Below are positions 39,410-46,075 of a DNA stretch of 64,000 nucleotides, piece by piece. A program made the position numbers and the translations under genes. The notes under the pieces are model-generated. The model was not told the DNA's origin. It did not search any database and saw only the letters and a program-made list of their open reading frames with translations. Source of the DNA: Candidatus Poribacteria bacterium (lineage in GTDB: Bacteria; Poribacteria; WGA-4E; WGA-3G); the NCBI GenBank assembly GCA_003635255.1, contig PYJC01000068.1, positions 8,258 through 72,257 on the forward strand, read 5' to 3'. How positions within the stretch are numbered: the first letter of the stretch is position 1; each line of letters starts with the position of its first letter.

Positions 39410-40735
39410 TTAAAGTCCTTGTCCTATCAGCACCAGATCAAGGATATTCACCACTTCGTCACCATTAACATCGGCGATGATACCAGGTCCCTCATCACCC
39501 AAGAACCGAGCTGCAATTACCAAATCTGACGCATTGACAAACCCGTCGTTGTTTAGGTCTTCGCGGCGCGGTATAATCGTTGCGAACTCCAAATTATTGG
39601 CACCGTGACCAACGTGATAGGATCGTAAAAGTGACGCATCTGCCACGTCCATGACGCGAACGTAATTCTGTCCGCTGCCCCCCCAGTCAGGTTGTGTGAT
39701 ATAGAGACTTCCATCTGGCGCAAAGGTCAAGCCGCCACTGACAGATGTATCTGCATCGTTGCTGAAGTTGGCAATCGTGTTATCTTCGTCACGGATCCAG
39801 TCTCGCGCGACGATATCGTAGATAAGCAAGCCGGGGTTTCGCCAACTGCCTTGCATAAACAACTGTTTTTCTGAATTGAGAGCGATGGAACCGGGTGTGA
39901 AATCGAGTTTAACCGTTTCCACTACCTCATCAGTATTCGCATCAATCAGAACGAGATGCCCGAGGACATCGTTGTAATTGCCTGTCGTCTTAACAATAAC
40001 AGTCGATTCACCATCGTTGAGGATTTGACCCGCGTTCGTCGGTACCGGAATAGATTTCAATATGATATCTGTCTCTGTATCAATCACTGTGACACTACTA
40101 TCATAATAACTTACTCTCCCGGCAACGGGATCCCACTCCCATGCGGGGTTCGAGACATAGGCTTTGCCGTTGAGAAGCGTGATACCCGTCGGTTTGTTGA
40201 AAGAACCCGTGAGGACCTTCGTCACATTGCGATTCGGAATGTCAACGACATGCACCTCATGCGCCGCGGCACACGTAACGTATAACTTCTGATCACTGAC
40301 CAAAGCGACCTGCTGTGGGGTTGTACCCGCTTCCATCGGGATTTCGCCAACAAACTCTCGATCTTCCAAGTTAATAATCAAAATATTGTCACCGGAACTC
40401 ATTCCACCCGTGATAGGTAAGTTGAAACTCGTGACATAGGCGAGATGCCCGTGAACAGAGAGACCAATTGCCCGCCGCCGCAATCTCGGAGCAAAGCCGA
40501 TGGAGAGTATCTCGTTGTCAACAGCCTGTCTCTCATTTGGCTCTTCCAGATCAATGAGTGAAACTGAGGCGATGATGCCCAAATCCGGATGCGTCAGCGC
40601 ATTTATGACAACAGCCGTGTTCGCCTCTTCTGTTTGTCCTAAAGCAGGATTAAGGGTGAGAGTGAAAAGGATCGCGCCTATAAACAGGAGCGAATAGCGC
40701 GAGAAATGTCGCCAAGTGAAAAAAAATCTGTTCAT
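39410..40735 (-). CDS. Secreted YncE-like beta-propeller protein with C-terminal dockerin-like domain
   Basis: Signal peptide; blades KLYVT, KAYVSN, VTVIDTETD, TFAPDGSLYIT; tail DLNNDGFVNASDL...DVNGDEVVNILDLV; GGAGG RBS before ATG 40735. Confidence 0.8.
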   Translation of the reverse strand: MNRFFFTWRHFSRYSLLFIGAILFTLTLNPALGQTEEANTAVVINALTHPDLGIIASVSLIDLEEPNERQAVDNEILSIGFAPRLRRRAIGLSVHGHLAYVTSFNLPITGGMSSGDNILIINLEDREFVGEIPMEAGTTPQQVALVSDQKLYVTCAAAHEVHVVDIPNRNVTKVLTGSFNKPTGITLLNGKAYVSNPAWEWDPVAGRVSYYDSSVTVIDTETDIILKSIPVPTNAGQILNDGESTVIVKTTGNYNDVLGHLVLIDANTDEVVETVKLDFTPGSIALNSEKQLFMQGSWRNPGLLIYDIVARDWIRDEDNTIANFSNDADTSVSGGLTFAPDGSLYITQPDWGGSGQNYVRVMDVADASLLRSYHVGHGANNLEFATIIPRREDLNNDGFVNASDLVIAARFLGDEGPGIIADVNGDEVVNILDLVLIGQGL

Positions 40736-40751
40736 TAAAACCTCCGTAATG

Positions 40752-40790
40752 AAACAAAAAACCCCTGCTTTCATTGAAAAGACAGGGGAT
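40752..40790 (-). terminator. Intrinsic terminator (expression platform of cobalamin riboswitch)
   Basis: Minus strand CCCCTG-tc-TTT..AAA-GCAGGGG followed by TTTTTTGTTT, just upstream of the RBS. Confidence 0.75.
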
Positions 40791-40927
40791 GCGGCGACAC
40801 TCTATGTATGCTAAATCCTGCAATTGTGTCCGAAGATATTGTACCTTACACGGGTTCTTCTATACTAACAGGATACTGCTGCGCGCTGTTCCACCGCTTT
40901 CCCGCGAAAGCAGATGCGTGAAACACG

Positions 40928-41095
40928 ATCCAGGCAGGTCTCCTGACTTCCGATCTTGCGTCCCCTGAACCTTCCCATCAGTTGGTTGACAGTGGTTTTT
41001 TCAGCGGATATTTGTGATCGTTCACAGTGGCGGGGCCGTGGCGGATTCTCACCGCACTTCCCTATTCTCCGGCTTTCTCCGGCACCTGAACCGTT
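40928..41095 (-). ncRNA. Cobalamin (AdoCbl) riboswitch
   Basis: Minus strand: CAGGTGCC...AATAGGGAAGTGCGGTGAGAATCCGCCACGGCCCCGCCACTGTGA...CCACTG...TGGGAAG...AAGTCAGGAGACCTGCC, containing the canonical core and B12-box elements. Confidence 0.93.
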
Positions 41096-41119
41096 AATTT
41101 ATTCTATTGTAATGCATAT

Positions 41120-41148
41120 ATTATATCACATTACGACATTTTTTGCAA
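41120..41148 (-). promoter_or_regulatory. Sigma70 promoter for riboswitch-led operon
   Basis: Minus strand TTGCAA-N17-TATAAT about 25 nt upstream of the riboswitch. Confidence 0.75.
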
Positions 41149-41187
41149 ATTTTTTGCGAAGTGTGGAAAAATAAAAATATAAAAAAT

Positions 41188-41216
41188 TTGACAACACAAA
41201 TTAGATGTGGTATTAT
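41188..41216 (+). promoter_or_regulatory. Sigma70 promoter for leader-hisI-trpE-trpG
   Basis: TTGACA-N17-TATTAT with a TG extended -10 element. Confidence 0.8.
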
Positions 41217-41261
41217 TAATAGCAGTGTTCAAAATCAAATATTTTGTTGAAAGTGAGAAAA

Positions 41262-41363
41262 ATGATACTTGTACGCTCACACTCCAACCCGCATAGCGTA
41301 TCTAACCATTGGCATTGGTGGCGGTCCAGTTGCTTGTGGGGGAGTGTGCGCTCAAACGGATAA
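41262..41363 (+). CDS. Putative His/Trp attenuator leader peptide (33 aa)
   Basis: MILVRSHSNPHSVSNHWHWWRSSCLWGSVRSNG*; control codons CAT TGG CAT TGG TGG at 41307-41321. Below the ORF-track length cutoff. Confidence 0.8.
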   Translation: MILVRSHSNPHSVSNHWHWWRSSCLWGSVRSNG

Positions 41364-41415
41364 CTGAAATAGAGATTGAAAATCGTCGTTTTTCATTTTT
41401 AAGTCCTGTTGAAGC

Positions 41416-41454
41416 CTTATGCACACCGATCCCGGTAGCATAAGTTTTTTTTTT
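41416..41454 (+). terminator. Attenuator terminator
   Basis: CTTATGC-ac-ACCG-atcc-CGGT-a-GCATAAG followed by T10. Confidence 0.85.
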
Positions 41455-41507
41455 GCATAGCTCACAGGTTACCAAAACTTGCTATTGAAAATAAGAGGAG
41501 AATCCGA

Positions 41508-41888
41508 ATGAAAATTTTGTCGGAACTCAAATATGACAGTGATGGCTTGGTCGCCGCAGTCATTCAAGATCGCACAAACAATGAAGTCCTAATGGTCGGC
41601 TATATGAACGCCGAAGCAATAACGGAAACGCTGACAACCGGGCGCGTCTGCTTCTGGAGCCGTTCCCGCCAAAAACTATGGATCAAGGGGGAGACTTCAG
41701 GGCATACACAGACAGTGGAATCTGTCGCAGTCGATTGCGACGGCGATGCCCTGCTCATAAAGGTTGAGCAAAAAGTCGCAGCGTGCCATGTCGGCTATCG
41801 CTCCTGCTTCTTTCGGGAAGTCTCCCCCGACGGAGAGTCAACGCGTGTGGTAGGTGATAAAATTTTCGAGGCTGATACGGTCTATTAG
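41508..41888 (+). CDS. hisI: Phosphoribosyl-AMP cyclohydrolase
   Basis: FWSRSRQKLW.KGETSG, DCDGDALL, ACH.GYRSCF. Confidence 0.96.
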   Translation: MKILSELKYDSDGLVAAVIQDRTNNEVLMVGYMNAEAITETLTTGRVCFWSRSRQKLWIKGETSGHTQTVESVAVDCDGDALLIKVEQKVAACHVGYRSCFFREVSPDGESTRVVGDKIFEADTVY

Positions 41889-42062
41889 ACTCCAAGTTGT
41901 GGGAGGGCTTTGTAAGCCCGATTTCGTATCTTGGCATCCCTTCGGAAGTTATTTGATTTAGTTCACCTATCGTTACTATTTTATACAGATAAGAGCAGTA
42001 TCGCTGCGTGTGGTACTATAGAACGAAAAACTGTGATGCTAAAGGTATGAAAAGGGGTTATA

Positions 42063-43571
42063 ATGTATTATCCGACGTTAGAGGACTTTCGCGAGGCAGC
42101 GAAATTAGGAAACACCATACCGGTATACCGATCAATTCTGGCAGATATGGAGACACCAGTGTCTGCCTTTTACAAGTTGATGCCAGACAATTATGCGTTT
42201 TTGCTCGAAAGCGTTGAAGGCGGCGAAAACGTTGCGCGCTACTCTTTTTTGGGGAGTCAACCCTCAGTGCTTTTCCACAGTAAAGGGCATCAGGTTACCA
42301 TTGAATACCTGGAAAAAGGCGAAACCGTAGTTCAGGAATACGAAGACCCGTTAAGTGCCCTTGAAGAAGTGATGCAGGATTACCGACCTGTTAACAATCC
42401 TGAGTTACCGAAATTCCACGGCGGCGCAGTCGGTTATATGAGTTATGACATGGTCCGATTTGTCGAGGAGCTGCCAGATAATACTGAGGATGAGCTACAA
42501 TTGCCAGATTGCTTCTTCATGATTGCCGAGACCATCCTGATATTTGATCACGTCAACCACCAGATCAAGGTTGTGGCGAACGCGCATATTGATGGAGATG
42601 TAGATACCGCTTATGCCGACGCTATTACGAAAATTGAAGCGTTGGTCGAAAAACTCATGGCTGCTTCCGAACCGCATTTACGCGCCGATAGGGGTGAACA
42701 TCAGGGACGGTATGATAAAATCATAGCCGATCCCCAATCGAATTTCACAAAATCCGATTACGAAGCCGCCGTCAGACACGCGAAGGAATACATAGCCGCA
42801 GGCGACATTATCCAGGTCGTACTTTCGCAGCGGTTCAGTTGTCCGGTATCTGTAGATTCATTTGATGTGTATCGGGCGTTGCGAGTGGTCAACCCATCGC
42901 CCTACATGTATTATCTGAAATTTGATGATTTTGATATTGTGGGGGCATCACCGGAGATGATGGTAAGAGTGGAAGATGGGCTCGTCCAAACGGTTCCAAT
43001 TGCGGGCACACGCCCGCGCGGCACGACTCCAGAAGAAGACAAAGAGCTGGAACGGATACTCCTTGCTGATCCAAAGGAACGCGCCGAGCACGTTATGCTT
43101 GTGGATTTAGGACGCAACGACCTTGGTCGGGTCTGTGAATATCACACTGTTGAAGTCACCGAACTCATGATAGTTGAACGCTTCTCACATGTGATGCACA
43201 TCGTTTCGCACGTTATTGGACAGCTGCGCGAAAATTTTACGGCTTTTGATGTCCTCCGGTCATGTCTTCCCGCTGGCACCCTCTCCGGCGCGCCGAAGGT
43301 ACGGGCAATGGAAATTATTGACGAACTTGAATCTACACGGCGCGGCACTTACGGCGGGGCTGTCGGTTATTTCAGTTTTTCCGGTAGTGCAGACACAGCG
43401 ATTACCATCCGAACCGCGGTTATCAAAGACGGCACCGCTTATGTGCAAGCCGGTGGCGGGATCGTCGCAGATTCAGTACCTGAAACTGAGTACTACGAAA
43501 CTCTCAGTAAAGCGAAAGCAATGCTCAGTGCCATCGCATTGGCTGAAGAACAGTTAGCGGTTTTCAGTTAA
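42063..43571 (+). CDS. trpE: Anthranilate synthase component I
   Basis: LLESVEGG..ARYS (Trp feedback motif), NPSPYM, PIAGTRPRG, KERAEHVMLVDLGRND, GAPKVRAM. Confidence 0.95.
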   Translation: MYYPTLEDFREAAKLGNTIPVYRSILADMETPVSAFYKLMPDNYAFLLESVEGGENVARYSFLGSQPSVLFHSKGHQVTIEYLEKGETVVQEYEDPLSALEEVMQDYRPVNNPELPKFHGGAVGYMSYDMVRFVEELPDNTEDELQLPDCFFMIAETILIFDHVNHQIKVVANAHIDGDVDTAYADAITKIEALVEKLMAASEPHLRADRGEHQGRYDKIIADPQSNFTKSDYEAAVRHAKEYIAAGDIIQVVLSQRFSCPVSVDSFDVYRALRVVNPSPYMYYLKFDDFDIVGASPEMMVRVEDGLVQTVPIAGTRPRGTTPEEDKELERILLADPKERAEHVMLVDLGRNDLGRVCEYHTVEVTELMIVERFSHVMHIVSHVIGQLRENFTAFDVLRSCLPAGTLSGAPKVRAMEIIDELESTRRGTYGGAVGYFSFSGSADTAITIRTAVIKDGTAYVQAGGGIVADSVPETEYYETLSKAKAMLSAIALAEEQLAVFS

Positions 43572-43607
43572 TAGCAACTCTACCTAACCGCAAGGAAAAT
43601 TTAAAAT

Positions 43608-44171
43608 ATGGTTTTAATGATTGATAACTACGACTCTTTTACCTATAACTTGGTGCAGTATTTGGGTGAACTCGGTGCTGAACTCGAGGTCCATCGGAGT
43701 CGAAAGATAGGATTGGATACATTAGACGCACTGGCACCCGAACGGATTGTCATTTCACCCGGACCTTGCACACCGAAAGAGGCGGGTATATCCAACGATA
43801 CTATACAACACTTCGCCGGGAAAATCCCGATCTTAGGCGTCTGCCTTGGGCATCAGTGCATCGGAGACGTATTCGGTGGTGATGTCGTTCGTGCGGATCG
43901 GTTGATGCACGGCAAAACCTCAATGATCCACCATAACGGCACCGAACTCTTTGAGGGATTGGATAACCCGTTTGAAGCGACACGCTACCACTCACTCATC
44001 GTGAAAAAAGATACGTTACCCGATTGCCTTGAGATTACCGCGTGGACAGATCAGGACGAAATCATGGGACTCCGGCATAAGAGTTTGCCTATTTGGGGCG
44101 TACAATTCCACCCGGAATCCATTCTGACAGCCGCCGGGAAAAGTCTACTCAGCAATTTCTTAACGCTATAG
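43608..44171 (+). CDS. trpG: Anthranilate synthase component II / glutamine amidotransferase
   Basis: [35 protein letters not shown]. Confidence 0.93.
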   Translation: MVLMIDNYDSFTYNLVQYLGELGAELEVHRSRKIGLDTLDALAPERIVISPGPCTPKEAGISNDTIQHFAGKIPILGVCLGHQCIGDVFGGDVVRADRLMHGKTSMIHHNGTELFEGLDNPFEATRYHSLIVKKDTLPDCLEITAWTDQDEIMGLRHKSLPIWGVQFHPESILTAAGKSLLSNFLTL

Positions 44172-44191
44172 ACCAACAGAAAGGTTTAATA

Positions 44192-44950
44192 ATGACAAAA
44201 CAGACAAGTGCTACGCCGGTCTTAGTTTCCTGGTCGTCAGGCAAAGATTCGGCGTGGGCACTTCATACCTTACGCCAACAACCTGAACGCTACGACGTAC
44301 GTGGCATCTTTACGACCGTCACGAAGACGTTTGACCGGGTCTCTATTCATTCTACACCTGCATGGGTACTGAAACAGCAGGCAGAAAAACTCAGCGTGCC
44401 GTTATACGAGATACCGATCCCTTATCCGTGTTCCAACACAATCTATGAGGAGGCAATGCGAAAGTTCCTTGCTGAAGTCAAAGCGTTGCCTGAACATTTG
44501 ACAGCGTCACATTTCGCATTCGGGGACCTCTTCCTGGAAGACATCCGTGCATACCGCGAGGATAAACTCAAAGGCACCGGTTTCACACCAATTTTCCCAG
44601 TGTGGGGAGAGGACACACCGCTACTTGCGCAAAAGATGATTGCTTCTGGCTTGCGCGCTATCATCACTGCGCTTAATCCTACCAAAGTCCCCGCCGACTT
44701 TGCAGGACGATGGTTTGACGCGGACCTCCTCGCAGATTTGCCAGACGGCGTGGATCCACTCGGTGAAAACGGGGAGTTCCATACCTGCGTCGTGGATGGA
44801 CCGATGTTCAGTTCACCTGTCGCCGCGAAACCGGGCGAAGTCGTCCAGAGAGACATCGTCTCTAAAAAGGATAAAGATGACAAAATTCACACAAGCAGCA
44901 ACACGTCACCGACTTATATCTATGCTGATGTGGTACCTATAGATGAATAA
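44192..44950 (+). CDS. Diphthamide synthase-like (MJ0570/Dph6) PP-loop ATPase
   Basis: SWSSGKDS PP-loop, FGDLFLED...YR, DP.GENGEFHT.V.DGP.F. Confidence 0.87.
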   Translation: MTKQTSATPVLVSWSSGKDSAWALHTLRQQPERYDVRGIFTTVTKTFDRVSIHSTPAWVLKQQAEKLSVPLYEIPIPYPCSNTIYEEAMRKFLAEVKALPEHLTASHFAFGDLFLEDIRAYREDKLKGTGFTPIFPVWGEDTPLLAQKMIASGLRAIITALNPTKVPADFAGRWFDADLLADLPDGVDPLGENGEFHTCVVDGPMFSSPVAAKPGEVVQRDIVSKKDKDDKIHTSSNTSPTYIYADVVPIDE

Positions 44951-45593
44951 TTGGAAGAAAGCAGCTGTGCTGTGGACAGGCGGAAAAGATTCCGCACTCG
45001 CATTTCAAGTCTCCTTGAATCTTTACGATATAGGGAGGCTTGTCTGTTTTGTGCCAGCGGACAACCGACAATTCTACGCGCATCCAACGCAACTCATGGA
45101 ACTACAAGCACAAAAGATCGGGATGCCAATTGAATTCGTGCCGATTTCCGAACCCTATAAACAGAGTTACTGCCAACAAATTGAGGCGATTAGAGACAGT
45201 GGTACTGAAGTGTTAATTACCGGAGATATTTCTACTGTCGGTGGGATGCCGAATTGGATAGAGGAAGTCGCAGCAGGTTTGGTGGAAGTCTACAAACCGT
45301 TGTGGGAATCGGATCGGCATACAATATTGGATACCCTCATCGCCAACAAATTTAAGGTCGTCTGTTCCCTCGCTTACAAAAAGCACTTCCAACCGACTAT
45401 TGCCGGTAGGTATTTCGATGCTAAACTCATTTCAGAACTGAAGCAACTCCCAATTGACGCATGCGGTGAACAGGGTGAATACCACACATGGGTATTAGAC
45501 GCACCGTTCTTCAAGGAGTCAGTGCAGTTAGAAGGCACACGTGTAGTTGATGTTGACGAGTATTGCTACCTCACCTACGAACAAGCAATTTAG
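44943..45593 (+). CDS. Second diphthamide synthase-like (Dph6) PP-loop ATPase
   Basis: LWTGGKDS, TGDI, KPLW, DACGEQGEYHTWVLDAPFF; overlaps the upstream paralog by 8 nt. Confidence 0.85.
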   Translation: MNNWKKAAVLWTGGKDSALAFQVSLNLYDIGRLVCFVPADNRQFYAHPTQLMELQAQKIGMPIEFVPISEPYKQSYCQQIEAIRDSGTEVLITGDISTVGGMPNWIEEVAAGLVEVYKPLWESDRHTILDTLIANKFKVVCSLAYKKHFQPTIAGRYFDAKLISELKQLPIDACGEQGEYHTWVLDAPFFKESVQLEGTRVVDVDEYCYLTYEQAI

Positions 45594-45675
45594 CGATGTG
45601 AATTTTGTTGGTGGTAGGTTCTTCTGTATAGGGTCATTTGGTGGAGCTCACGTTATATAGACCTACTCCTATTAG

Positions 45676-46014
45676 TATAATCCAAGTTGTTACTTAAGAG
45701 ATGTTGGTGTTTTTGCTTGGGTGTTTCTTCTAAGCAAAAACGGTATTTCTGCGGATTTCAAAAGCGTTTTCAAGTCCTTTCCTCACCCCGTAGGGGTGCT
45801 ATGTCTATAGAAACGGCATATTTAAGCGACTGCACTCCGTATGAAGTTTAATAAATAAATTGGGTAATTCAGGCCTTGCGACGTGCGATGAATCGCACTA
45901 CTACGAACCGATCTGTTTGTTATCACACGTCCTAAAAATTACCCGATTAAATTCTTCTTAATCTTCATTAGGAGTGCTATGTCTCATAAATAGGTGGCAA
46001 CTTGGATTATTATA
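45676..46014. mobile_element. Nested MITE-like composite (outer TIR ATAATCCAAGTTG; inner ATGAAG...CTTCAT element 45841-45968)
   Basis: ataatccaagttgttactta / taggtggcaacttggattat. Inner element lies within the palindrome gcactcc...ggagtgc and carries the REP-like cgtgcgatgaatcgcactactac. Confidence 0.65.
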
Positions 46015-46075
46015 GAATTATGCACCCGTTTCGCCGTTTCGTGGTGTCACTATAGGGTGAAATCGGAGGTGAGCC

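Noticed and set aside
41262-41454. T-box riboswitch as the explanation for the hisI-trpE leader
   Set aside because: No T-box consensus (AAGGTGGTACC-type) or Stem I motifs are seen; the His/Trp-rich ORF and stem geometry fit ribosome-mediated attenuation better.
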